NCBI GenBank assembly: GCA_963702005.1
Contig: OY969696.1
Span: 1,120,001 to 1,184,000 of the forward strand
Length of the DNA stretch: 64,000 nucleotides
Origin: Candidatus Aminicenantes bacterium
GTDB lineage: Bacteria > Acidobacteriota > Aminicenantia > Aminicenantales > JAFGBC01
Direction: 5' to 3'
Part shown: positions 40,151-49,350 of the stretch, piece after piece
How positions within the stretch are numbered: the first letter of the stretch is position 1
Layout: every line of letters starts with the position of its first letter
Made by a program: the position numbers and the translations under genes
Notes under the pieces: generated by a model
What the model saw: only the letters and a program-made list of their open reading frames with translations
What the model was told of the DNA's origin: nothing
Database searches by the model: none

Positions 40151-40368
40151 CCGTATCGCCTTTCGCTCCTTGAGTCGCCTGTAAAGGTTAAACTCCGGGG
40201 CGAGATCTGTCAAGGCCGGTTGAAATCGCTCGGTTTTTTCGAGGCGGGCGCCGGCGGCGGAGACGAGGCTTGCATCGAAAATGAGACGGCCGTCGTAGAA
40301 GAGATGTCCGTTGTATTCGGCCGGCGTTTCCCTTACAATAAGCGGTCTTACAGGCGGAGAGATCGATC

Positions 40369-41955
40369 ATGAAGCGAACACAGAACCGCGGGCCGGTTCC
40401 GTTCTATCCTTTTCTATTCGCCCTTTATCCCGCCCTATTCCTCTACACCTACAACATCGAGGAGACCGGGTTCAGGACCGCGCTCGGCCCGCTGGCGGCC
40501 AGCCTGGCGCTCGTCACGGTCGTGTTCCTGATCGCCTGGCTCCTGGTCCGGCGGGTCCGGAAAGCGGCGCTCATCGCCTTCGTCTTCGGCCTGCTCTTTT
40601 TTTCTTACGGGCACGTCTTCAACCTCTTCAAGAGGCCTCCGGCCCCGCTCGCCTGGATCCAGACGGGCTTCTGGACGGCGCTGTTAATCGGCTTGATCGT
40701 CCTCATCGTCCGGCTCCGTAAAGATCCGCTTCCGGCGACCCGCCTGTTGAACGTCTTCAGCGCGGTTTTGGTCCTCCTGGCCGCGTCCCAGATCGCCTGG
40801 TCCGGCCTTGCGGCGCTGAGAGTGGGGCATAAACACCCGAGCTCTCCGGAGGATAAAGTCATCCTCGAAAACCGCGTCAAGCCGCCCCTCGGCTATCTTC
40901 CCGACATCTATTTTCTCATCTTCGACCGCTATTGCGGCCCGGTCGCCCTTAAGGACTATTACAAGTTCGACAATACTCCGTTCCTCAAGAAGCTCAAGAG
41001 CCGCCGCTTCTCGACGGCCTTCGACAGCCGCAGCGGCTACGCGGGGACCTATCTCTCCCTGACCAGCACCCTCAATATGGAATACATCGACAGCCTGTTC
41101 CCCAAGCTTCCCGTCCATAAGCGGTCGATCTACCATCTCCTCCAGGATCACCGCGTCGGGCGGCTCCTGAAAGCCCTCGGCTATACGTATTACCATATCG
41201 GGTCCTGGTACGAAGGGACCAAGCGGAACCCTTACGCAGACGACGAGTTCCGGCCCTCGGGGCTGACGACGCTGAACCAGGACTTCCTGATCAAGTTCGC
41301 CGATTCGACCTGGCTCAACCTCCTTCTCAGGGGGCATGGGATTGTTTCGCGGAACTATCAGCACCGGGAAGGAGTCAAGCAGCAGTTCGCCCGTATCGCC
41401 CAGATCGCGGTGAGGAGCGGACCCAAGTTCGTCTTCCTCCACATGCTGGTTCCCCACTTCCCCTTCGTCTTCGGCCCGAACGGCGAGGATGTCGTCCTGG
41501 ACCGCACGCGAAGCCCGGCCGTCTGCTACCTGGACCAAATCCGGTTTATCAACATGCGGATCCTCCGGCTCATCCGCACCATCCGGCTCAGCTCGCGCCG
41601 GCAGCCCGTCATCATCCTCCAGGCCGACGAGGGGGCGGCCGAGGAGGAGGCGCCCCGGGCCTCGTTCGCCCGGCTCAAAGGGAAGCTGCTCAAGATGGCG
41701 CGGGCCCAGGTCCGCTACAACATCCTCGACGCTTGGAGCTTTCCGAGCGGGATCATGAACAGGATGCCGCACGGCATGAGCCCCGTCAATACCTTCCGGA
41801 TAGTCTTCAACCGCTGCTTCGGGACGGCCTACCCGCTCCTGCCGGACCTGTCTTTCAAGTTTACGGACAATAAGACGGCCCTGAAGAGCGTGGAGGCTTT
41901 CCCCCGGTCCTATTTTCGGTTCACGAAGCGGATGAGCGACGAGCTGCGGGATTAG
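40369..41955 (+). CDS. membrane-anchored sulfatase/alkaline-phosphatase superfamily protein
   Basis: five N-terminal TM helices; PDIYFLIFDRY, PKFVFLHMLVPHFPFVF, IILQADEG, SPVNTFR. Confidence 0.75.
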   Translation: MKRTQNRGPVPFYPFLFALYPALFLYTYNIEETGFRTALGPLAASLALVTVVFLIAWLLVRRVRKAALIAFVFGLLFFSYGHVFNLFKRPPAPLAWIQTGFWTALLIGLIVLIVRLRKDPLPATRLLNVFSAVLVLLAASQIAWSGLAALRVGHKHPSSPEDKVILENRVKPPLGYLPDIYFLIFDRYCGPVALKDYYKFDNTPFLKKLKSRRFSTAFDSRSGYAGTYLSLTSTLNMEYIDSLFPKLPVHKRSIYHLLQDHRVGRLLKALGYTYYHIGSWYEGTKRNPYADDEFRPSGLTTLNQDFLIKFADSTWLNLLLRGHGIVSRNYQHREGVKQQFARIAQIAVRSGPKFVFLHMLVPHFPFVFGPNGEDVVLDRTRSPAVCYLDQIRFINMRILRLIRTIRLSSRRQPVIILQADEGAAEEEAPRASFARLKGKLLKMARAQVRYNILDAWSFPSGIMNRMPHGMSPVNTFRIVFNRCFGTAYPLLPDLSFKFTDNKTALKSVEAFPRSYFRFTKRMSDELRD

Positions 41956-41965
41956 GCCGGCTTGA

Positions 41966-42655
41966 ATGAGGATCACGCGCCTCCATGGCTGGCGGAAGAC
42001 GCCCAGGGAGGCGGCCATCCTCCAGTCCGAGCTCCGGGAGCGGCTGGCAAGGAAGCCATTAGTCAGGCCGGTCCGTTTGGTCGCCGGCGCCGACGCGGCC
42101 TATGACAAACGGACGAAACGGACCGCCGGCGCCGTTTGCGTCTTAAGCCTTCCCGATTTAGCCGTCGTCGAGGAGCGGATCGCAATCGCCGAGATACCTT
42201 TTCCCTATGTTCCCGGCCTCCTGACCTTCCGCGAAGGCCCCGTTCTTCTCGAATGCTTCGCCCGATTGGAGACCGTCCCCGACGCCGTTCTTTTCGACGG
42301 CCAGGGGATCCTCCATCCCAGGCGGATGGGGATCGCCGCACATCTCGGTCTGTTCCTCGACCTCCCGACGGCGGGATGCGCCAAGAGCCGCCTTTACGGG
42401 ATATGCGAGGAGCCCGGAGCCCGACAAGAATCCAGGTCGCCGGTCCTGGATCGGCGAGGCGAAATCCTCGGAGCCTGCCTGAGGACCCGGTCCAACGTCA
42501 AGCCGGTTTTCGTCTCTCCGGGTCACGCCATGGATGTGGACTCCGCTGTCGCCCTCGTCCTCGCTTCCTGCTCCCGCTACCGGATTCCCGAGCCGCTCCG
42601 CCGCGCACACCGGCTCGCGGAATCCGCGCTCAAGGGGAGGCCGGGGCCGAAATGA
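41966..42655 (+). CDS. nfi: endonuclease V (deoxyinosine 3' endonuclease)
   Basis: AGADAAY, FPYVPGLLTFREGP, FDGQGILHPRRMGIAAHLG, PVFVSPGH, YRIPEPLR. Confidence 0.95.
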   Translation: MRITRLHGWRKTPREAAILQSELRERLARKPLVRPVRLVAGADAAYDKRTKRTAGAVCVLSLPDLAVVEERIAIAEIPFPYVPGLLTFREGPVLLECFARLETVPDAVLFDGQGILHPRRMGIAAHLGLFLDLPTAGCAKSRLYGICEEPGARQESRSPVLDRRGEILGACLRTRSNVKPVFVSPGHAMDVDSAVALVLASCSRYRIPEPLRRAHRLAESALKGRPGPK

Positions 42656-43505
42656 ATTTCAAAAAGGCGGCGGGCGCCGAGCGGTCCGCTTTGAAGCGGA
42701 ATTCGTAGGCGGGAACCGAAGCGACCAGGTCCTTGCAGAGCAGGAGGATGCGGGGCGTCAACGCCTCCTCGTACCAGGGGATGGAACAGAGCGGAAGAAG
42801 ACGGTCCAGGGCGTCGCGCGGCGCGACCGGCAGTATGCGGTTGGCGCGTCCGTGCTTCAGGAAAACAATGGCCGCCAGCGGCGCGCTCCCGTTCCGGGCG
42901 ATGCCCGCGGTCCCGGCCCAGGGGGTGCCAAAGGCCTTGAAGCCCGACCCGGCCCGGCGAAGGACCATTCTCTCATCGCTCAGCACTTTTCCTTCCCGGC
43001 CGGCTTCGAACAGGCATGCCAACGTGCTTTTTCCGGCGCCCGAAGTGCCGGTGAAAATCACGGCCCGGCGGTCGAGGATGAGCCCCGCCGCATGGGCTAA
43101 AAGGCCGTCCCGGCCGGCCAGATGATACATCATCAGCAGCTGGTCGAGGGGATAGCCGAGAGGCCAGGGGTCGCCCCAGAGCCGGACCCGTCTCGCGCCG
43201 CGATCGAAGCGGGCGACCCAAAGCGGCTCGGGATGGCGGTCCGGATGGAGGCTGATCCAACGGCTTTCCCCCTCGCCGCGCATAGACCAGGATTCCTCGG
43301 TGTCGAATAGCTTGTTGAGATGATCGAGCTTGGGCAACGGACCACGGACCAAGCGGAGGCGGATATCGGCGGGCCGGTTGCCGGGGAAGCCGGTCCGGAA
43401 GAAGGGACGATAGAGCGGATCATGATTCCTGAACGAGACGGAAGGATTCGAGGAAACGGCGAAGGCGACCCCGGCGATCTCCAGACGCGGGCGATACGCC
43501 TTCAT
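42630..43505 (-). CDS. HPr kinase-related P-loop protein (ScmC / lasso-kinase-like)
   Basis: GLLAHAAG…IFTGTSGAGKST…LSDE…AFGTPWAG. Confidence 0.8.
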   Translation of the reverse strand: MKAYRPRLEIAGVAFAVSSNPSVSFRNHDPLYRPFFRTGFPGNRPADIRLRLVRGPLPKLDHLNKLFDTEESWSMRGEGESRWISLHPDRHPEPLWVARFDRGARRVRLWGDPWPLGYPLDQLLMMYHLAGRDGLLAHAAGLILDRRAVIFTGTSGAGKSTLACLFEAGREGKVLSDERMVLRRAGSGFKAFGTPWAGTAGIARNGSAPLAAIVFLKHGRANRILPVAPRDALDRLLPLCSIPWYEEALTPRILLLCKDLVASVPAYEFRFKADRSAPAAFLKFISAPASP

Positions 43506-43539
43506 CCGGACGGGCGGCCGGGAGGGGACGCCCAGCGGG

Positions 43540-43722
43540 TCAGCTCCCGGGCCGGGCGCAGTAGTTGCCGGGGTAGCAGGGGGTGACGCCCTTGCCCGTC
43601 GGCCCCCCCGAGCTCAGCTTGCATCCGATGCCCAGGGTCTGAGTGCCGTCGGCGATGGCCACGATCCGCATCGCGGGTTTTTCGTACGGCTTTTTATTCC
43701 GCAGGGGTTGAGTTGGGTTCAT
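43540..43722 (-). CDS. putative RiPP precursor peptide (60 aa)
   Basis: GGAGG RBS inside the rSAM 3' end, TGA-ATG junction; leader KKPYEKP; Gly-rich core with 3 Cys ending PGS. Confidence 0.8.
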   Translation of the reverse strand: MNPTQPLRNKKPYEKPAMRIVAIADGTQTLGIGCKLSSGGPTGKGVTPCYPGNYCARPGS

Positions 43723-44820
43723 TCATGCCTCCGTTATGTCTTGCTGGAGTCTTTCGTATCGAAGCCGGCCCAGGGCGCAAAGGAACTCCGAGGGCACTCG
43801 ATCGTCGCCGTTTTCAAGCTCGAAGAAGCCGGGGCAATATCCGCACACCAGTCTTTGCCGGCAGCCGGCGCACTTGAAGTCCGGGCCGGGCCCGGCTTCC
43901 CGGATCCGGGGCAGGACTTCGTCCCATCCCGTCCGGAATCGCCCGCTCCGAAGGGGGTAAGCGATCTTCCGGGCCATGAGGCAGGGATAGAGCTCCCCGC
44001 AGGGATCGATGTGGAAGGTCGTCAATCCCGCGCTGCAGGAGTACAGCTCTTCCGGGCCCGGAACGGCCCGGAAGCGGTCCAGGAACTCGCGCCATTCCCG
44101 GACCCGGGCCGGGTCGGCGAACTCCGCGGCAACCGCCTGTTCCGGGGAGATCCGATAGGCGAGGGGCGAGCGGTCGCCCGTCAACCGGGGAAAAACGGAG
44201 GCGTCGACGCGGAAATCGACGCCCATCCTCCCGGCCAGCTCCTCGACGGCGGGGAACTCATGGGCGTTCAACGTCATGATAACGCTTTTAACCGCTACTC
44301 GGATTCTGCGGCGTTTGAGCGTTTCGACCGCCTTCAGGGCGCGGGCGAAGGACCCCGCGACGCCCGTGATCCGATCATGGGTTTCCGCCGTGGCGCCGCA
44401 CAGGGTGATTTCGACCGCCCGGGGCGGGAGGTCCCCCAGCAGGGCCGCCGTTTCTTCCGTCAACAGCGTCCCGTTCGTGAACAGGGTGACGAAAAAGCCG
44501 TTCGTCTTGATGTGGGAGTAGATCTCGGCGAAATCCTCCCTGAGCAGAGGCTCCCCGCCGGTCAGCAGTAAAAACAGGCAGCCGGCGTCCTTGATTTCGT
44601 CGATGATCTCTTTCCAGCGGCCGGCGCTCAATTCCCGTCCCGCCGGCGCGCTGCGCGGATTCTTATCGCGGGCGTAGCAGTGGACGCAGCGGAGGTTGCA
44701 GCGATGGGTCAGGGCGATGCCGCCCGAAAAGGGAATCCGCATCCGGTCGATGGTCCGGGACAGGGAACTCCAGTATTCCTCGTCGCCCGTCCGGGAAAGG
44801 GGTCCGCAGTTCGAGCTCAT
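43723..44820 (-). CDS. radical SAM/SPASM domain peptide maturase
   Basis: CNLRCVHC, LTGGEPLL, FTNGT; SPASM CSAG…YPC…CAGC.....CGYC…C. Confidence 0.93.
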   Translation of the reverse strand: MSSNCGPLSRTGDEEYWSSLSRTIDRMRIPFSGGIALTHRCNLRCVHCYARDKNPRSAPAGRELSAGRWKEIIDEIKDAGCLFLLLTGGEPLLREDFAEIYSHIKTNGFFVTLFTNGTLLTEETAALLGDLPPRAVEITLCGATAETHDRITGVAGSFARALKAVETLKRRRIRVAVKSVIMTLNAHEFPAVEELAGRMGVDFRVDASVFPRLTGDRSPLAYRISPEQAVAAEFADPARVREWREFLDRFRAVPGPEELYSCSAGLTTFHIDPCGELYPCLMARKIAYPLRSGRFRTGWDEVLPRIREAGPGPDFKCAGCRQRLVCGYCPGFFELENGDDRVPSEFLCALGRLRYERLQQDITEA

Positions 44821-45107
44821 GGCCTTTCCTGAATCAGGTCGTTCTCCAGGAGCCGCCCGACGAATTCGGCCGCGTCTCTGCCCGCCCGCTCCCGGTCGAC
44901 CTCGAAACGGTCCAGGACGGCGGCGATGAGCTCGTCGAGCGTCGGCTCTCCGTCCAGACGCTGCCAGATGAATTCGGCCAGCTCGTTCAGGATGAAGACG
45001 TTCTGCATCTGGCTGGGCCGGCCGCAGACCGGGACCAGGAAGGTCTCGTCGGCGATCCGGCGGACCGTGACGGTATCCTTTTTCCGTAAGCGGCGGGCGT
45101 CCGTCAT
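44817..45107 (-). CDS. PqqD family RiPP recognition element
   Basis: RRIADETFLVP…LNELAEFIWQRLDG…L..RFEVD…D...FV..L....LI; ATGA overlaps at both ends. Confidence 0.92.
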   Translation of the reverse strand: MTDARRLRKKDTVTVRRIADETFLVPVCGRPSQMQNVFILNELAEFIWQRLDGEPTLDELIAAVLDRFEVDRERAGRDAAEFVGRLLENDLIQERP

Positions 45108-48100
45108 TTAAACCTCAGCGCGGGATCTCCGATCAGGTTGAAGATATTCAGCAGATAGAGCCTTCCGCCCATGGATATGTAGTTCTTCATCGCCCTGAGC
45201 CAGGCTTTCCCCAAGCCTCTCTCGTTGGCGCCGTAGACGGCCTTGTACAACTCTTCGGCCAGCTGCCGGGTCTGAATGTAGGTCGAGGCGCCGGTGGGGG
45301 CTACGGCCGCGGCGATTCCGCCGCCGTCCTTCAAAGCCAGCCCCTCCGCCAGGCTCAGCGATCCCGGGACCTCGAAGCGGCCCGCGACGCAGGTCAGAAG
45401 GACCATGATCGGCAGCCTGGTTCCGTTCCGGAGGGAGGGGAGGTCGCTGACGTTGAGAATGTTTTCGCCGGCCAGCTGGTCGATGCCGCCGTGACCCAGA
45501 TAGTTGACCAGGGCCGGGTTGGCGTTGAGTCCGGCGATGATCTGCGATCGGACCTCATCCGCGTGGAAGCCGTTGAGAAGATAGATCCGCTGCAAGGAAT
45601 AGCCGCTGATCTGCTTGATCAGGATTTCGCTCCCCTGGCGGAAATTTCCGGCATCGTCGGGATTGTCCGCGATCATGATCGCCCGTTTCGGCCAGGAACT
45701 GTTGTCGCTCTCGTAGGCCTTGATTTTCTTGACCGCGACGGCGAGCTCCTCCCCGGAGACGACCGGCAGCCGTCCGACCACGATTTCGGGAACGCCGTCC
45801 TCGCCCTTAACATCGCCGAACGCCCTGTCCGCGGCGAACAGGCCGTCCGGCGTCTTGGCCAGAATGGGGGGAATAAGGTTGTCGCCGAAGCCGAGGTAGT
45901 TTTTATAGTCGTAGGTGCCTTTGCCGGCCAGGACGACGGTTTCGGGCCGGTTCCCCGCGCCCTTCGCGTAGGCGAAGGCCAAGAAGTCCTTGATGGCCAG
46001 CGGACTCTGCAAACCCCAGTTGAAAGCGTCGTAGATTTCCTCGACGGTCACGACCTGGCTTTCAAGGCCTTTTTCCTTGCGATAATTCGCCAGACTCCGG
46101 GCGGCGGCCTTGAACTCCTCGGGGGCGATGACCAGGTATTCGGCGAAATGGTCGGCCTGTTTCAGCGTCGGCGCCGCGGCTGCGGTCATCGAGAAGGGCT
46201 GAAGGGCGGCGGACAGGCCGGAGATCAGGTAGCGGTTTTGGGAGGAGGCCGGGACGAAGGCGAGCCGGCCGCGGTTGTCGACGACGATCCCGACGCAGAC
46301 TTTCGGACGGTCGGGTTTGGTCACGTCCAGCACCAGAGCTTGGGCGTCGGTCAATCCCTCGACGGAGATGACGGGATTGCCGTCTCCGCGGCAAAGTAGG
46401 CGATTGTCCTTGGTCCGGTAATATCTCGGGTAGCTCAGGTCGAAGGAGTTCACGTAGAAGACGCTGTAGGGGGCGCCGACGTCCAGCAGCCCCTTGACGG
46501 TGATCGTGTTTTTCCCGTCCTTGAGCAGGGAGGGGACGACGGACATTTGGAATGTATACGATTCGGTTCCGTTCCACCAGCCGCTGCCGACCTCGATCTT
46601 GTTCAAGGAGACCTTGGCGTGGTGGTCCTGGACGGATGCGGTATCCGTCGCGCCCCTCAGGAGCGCCGTCAACGTGGCCGCGCCGGTCGTGGCCCGGCCG
46701 GGCACATCGACGGCGAAGGATTTGTCGTCGGTCCCGGCCACGATGTAATTCCAGAACCAGAAGTCCTCCTGGGCATTCTTGGCCAAGGCGGTCGCCGCGT
46801 ATCGGTTGTCCTCGAAATGGGCCGAATCCTGGAAGGTCGGGTGGGACTCGGTCGGAGTCGCGGCGCCCAGCCGGACGGCCTCCATGACGAGGCCGTTCCC
46901 TTCCTCCAGCCAGTAGACGTTCCGGTCCGTGTAGGCGCTGTCGGGCGCTTGGCCGTAAAAATAGATGCCGGCGCCGCCGGCTTCGGCCAGCCAGGCGACG
47001 GGTTCTCCCCGGCTGGTCAAGCTCAGCCTTTGATTGAGGATGAGCCACTGGACCTGCTGGGCCGATTGAGCCAGGCTGTTGGCGATGGAAGCGGCGTCGA
47101 GACGAACCAGCCCTTCGGTCTTGACGGCGATCCGGATCCGGTCATGGGATCCGGCCGCCGGGGCCGGCACGCCCTGTTGGAGCACCCTGAGCCGGTCCTG
47201 GACGCGCTTGGTTTCGAGCTCCGAGGGGCGATAAGTCCACTTCCGGAAGCCGGGAATCGAGCTGGGGACTTCCGCGCCTTTTGGAGCGGCGAAGGCGATC
47301 GGCCGCTGGGATGGCGCGGTCGAGTCGCCGAAAGTCACCTTGTAGGGGCCGTAGATGCGCGTCCGCCCGCTCGCGTCGACTTCGGTCAGCCGGTAGACCA
47401 CGGGCCTTCCGATGGGAACCCCGGGGTCCTCCAAGCGGTAGATGCCGCCTAGCGGCGATTCGTAGAGGGCCGGCAGGAAGGAGGGATTCACCAGCTCGAA
47501 TTGAGCCGTCTCCGGGTTCTGACGCCAGAGGAAAAAGCCGGCCGTTCCGATTTCGGTGCCGGTCCGCCACTCGACCGTCGGCCGCCCGCCGTCCATGTTC
47601 GATTCGAGAGAGGTCACGGCGATCCAGGTCGGAACATCGCCCCCGGCCCCTTCGGTCGCGGCCAGCTCGCAGAGCGGTCCGTAGTTAAAGGTGGCGACGC
47701 CCGTTTCGTCGGTGAAACTGGCCCTCGTGCCGTTCGACGAGGGCATCCCGGTCACGGGAAGGCGCTGGCCGCTGTAGGTCGGCGTGACGTCGACGGCATA
47801 GGACATCGTGGCGTCTGCGTTAGAGCCGCCGACCGTCCCCGGGTTCCAAACGATGTCCCCGGTGCCGCCCAAGGCCGGCTCGCCGACGAGCGACCCCTGG
47901 GATGCGACCCAATGTTGAGCATAGACGACCCCTCCGCCCGGCACGTTAGCGGTGATCGGGCTGATGCTCGAGAACGTGATGGCGCGCGGGGTCGGGTTGA
48001 AGATAGTGACTTCGACCCGGACGCGGGTCGTGGCGCCCGCGGTGGGAGGGTTGGGGCCGGAAATGTAGCTGAGATTCTGGGTCAAGAACGGCTTGGGCGG

Positions 48101-49105
48101 CGCTCCCATGCCGTCCGTCGGCAAGTAAATTCGCTGGGTGTATGCCTGGGGCTGAGAAGTGGGCGGCGGGCTGGCGGCGTTGAAGTCCCCCACATAGAAG
48201 ATGCCGTAGTTAGAGCCGCCCGAGCTGGTTTCGGTGTAAAGGAGGGTCGCTCTCCAGACGCCGGTATCGGAGGCCATCGAGTTGGACTCGTAGCCGGTGA
48301 TGGGCCTGTTCTGCCAGACCGTGGATCCCGAGCCGCCGTAGCTGCCGGTAAAGGTCCGTGTTCGGCTGGCGTAGGTAATCGTGCAAACGCCCGGGGTTGG
48401 ATTATCGCCGTCCCAGTCGTTCCAATCGACGACGCAGCCGGATGTGACGTAAGGGTAAAGGGTCGTCGTTACCGTATTGACCCCGCCATAGGTTCGTTCT
48501 CCGACCGGGACGAACGTGTAACCATAGATGTTGATTTCGGTCCCGCCGGAGGTCTCATCGCCGTCATCGGCGCTGATCCCGTAGCCGTTGCAGTCGTCGC
48601 CGGTGGTTACGGCCGATGACGTGTCGACGACCAGCCGCCAATGTCCGGCAACGGGCGAGGGGATGGGAGCAGGAGTAGTGCCGGGACCGAGAATCTGCCA
48701 GCCGTTGTTTGTGCCCGCGGTAGCGCTCCCCGTGAAGGTCGCCACCGAGGTTCCGCTGGGGTTGTATAGCGTGTATCTGCAGGAAGTGTTCCACGATCCT
48801 CCGCTTTGCCAATCGAACCGGTTGGTGGTGCCCCTCCCTACATCGGCGTCGAAAAGGCGCACGCGCAATTGGCTCAGCCCGGGAGGCACCTCGATATAAT
48901 ATTGGTGGTAAGTGTTCATCCCCCCGGCCTGGGCCGAGCTGATGTAATCGCCGTAGCTGGTGGGGGCCCCGGACCCGAGCTGCTGCAGCACCGCGGTGGT
49001 GCCGGTTGTGGCGGCGCGCCCCGGATCGGGAAAGAATAAAAGGAAAAGGATCGGTACGCCGAGAAGCGCTCTAAACCTCACCTGGGATATTCGAATTTTT
49101 TTCAA
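45104..49105 (-). CDS. large exported C25 (gingipain/PorU family) cysteine peptidase
   Basis: GGAGG RBS with TTG start, signal peptide; EYLVIAP, VVLAGKGTYDY, VGRLPV, catalytic NYLGHG and LTCVAG, NLIGDPAL C-terminus. Confidence 0.9.
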   Translation of the reverse strand: MKKIRISQVRFRALLGVPILFLLFFPDPGRAATTGTTAVLQQLGSGAPTSYGDYISSAQAGGMNTYHQYYIEVPPGLSQLRVRLFDADVGRGTTNRFDWQSGGSWNTSCRYTLYNPSGTSVATFTGSATAGTNNGWQILGPGTTPAPIPSPVAGHWRLVVDTSSAVTTGDDCNGYGISADDGDETSGGTEINIYGYTFVPVGERTYGGVNTVTTTLYPYVTSGCVVDWNDWDGDNPTPGVCTITYASRTRTFTGSYGGSGSTVWQNRPITGYESNSMASDTGVWRATLLYTETSSGGSNYGIFYVGDFNAASPPPTSQPQAYTQRIYLPTDGMGAPPKPFLTQNLSYISGPNPPTAGATTRVRVEVTIFNPTPRAITFSSISPITANVPGGGVVYAQHWVASQGSLVGEPALGGTGDIVWNPGTVGGSNADATMSYAVDVTPTYSGQRLPVTGMPSSNGTRASFTDETGVATFNYGPLCELAATEGAGGDVPTWIAVTSLESNMDGGRPTVEWRTGTEIGTAGFFLWRQNPETAQFELVNPSFLPALYESPLGGIYRLEDPGVPIGRPVVYRLTEVDASGRTRIYGPYKVTFGDSTAPSQRPIAFAAPKGAEVPSSIPGFRKWTYRPSELETKRVQDRLRVLQQGVPAPAAGSHDRIRIAVKTEGLVRLDAASIANSLAQSAQQVQWLILNQRLSLTSRGEPVAWLAEAGGAGIYFYGQAPDSAYTDRNVYWLEEGNGLVMEAVRLGAATPTESHPTFQDSAHFEDNRYAATALAKNAQEDFWFWNYIVAGTDDKSFAVDVPGRATTGAATLTALLRGATDTASVQDHHAKVSLNKIEVGSGWWNGTESYTFQMSVVPSLLKDGKNTITVKGLLDVGAPYSVFYVNSFDLSYPRYYRTKDNRLLCRGDGNPVISVEGLTDAQALVLDVTKPDRPKVCVGIVVDNRGRLAFVPASSQNRYLISGLSAALQPFSMTAAAAPTLKQADHFAEYLVIAPEEFKAAARSLANYRKEKGLESQVVTVEEIYDAFNWGLQSPLAIKDFLAFAYAKGAGNRPETVVLAGKGTYDYKNYLGFGDNLIPPILAKTPDGLFAADRAFGDVKGEDGVPEIVVGRLPVVSGEELAVAVKKIKAYESDNSSWPKRAIMIADNPDDAGNFRQGSEILIKQISGYSLQRIYLLNGFHADEVRSQIIAGLNANPALVNYLGHGGIDQLAGENILNVSDLPSLRNGTRLPIMVLLTCVAGRFEVPGSLSLAEGLALKDGGGIAAAVAPTGASTYIQTRQLAEELYKAVYGANERGLGKAWLRAMKNYISMGGRLYLLNIFNLIGDPALRFK

Positions 49106-49228
49106 TTTTTCCTCCTGCCCGCCGAGTTTATTTGTCTGTTCGCATGGGATGAACAGACAAGTTTGCGGGCTCCCCGCCGTTGCGGAGACGCAACTCGATT
49201 AAAGTTCATCCTTAGCCGCCTTAATAAT

Positions 49229-49245
49229 AGCAAGAGCCGTGCCAA
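49229..49245 (-). promoter_or_regulatory. sigma54 (-24/-12) promoter of the C25/RiPP operon
   Basis: minus strand reads TTGGCACGGCTCTTGCT, matching TGGCAC-N5-TTGC(A/T); about 125 bp upstream of the start codon in an AT-rich region. Confidence 0.8.
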
Positions 49246-49335
49246 AAATAAAGGAGTTTTTTCGGCAAAACGAAGGTATTTATCAAAATGGAGGATCTGC
49301 CGGATACAGAAAAGAACAAAAAACCGTAAAAATAA

Positions 49336-49350
49336 TGCCAATAATTGTCA
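49336..49350. promoter_or_regulatory. candidate enhancer-binding-protein site (near-perfect palindrome)
   Basis: TGCCAATAATTGTCA (reverse complement TGACAATTATTGGCA), about 90-105 bp upstream of the sigma54 box. Confidence 0.4.

Noticed and set aside
42630-45107. PQQ biosynthesis or lasso peptide cluster
   Set aside because: No pqqB/pqqC and no ExxxY core; no asparagine-synthetase-like cyclase or B2 protease; the core lacks Asp/Glu.
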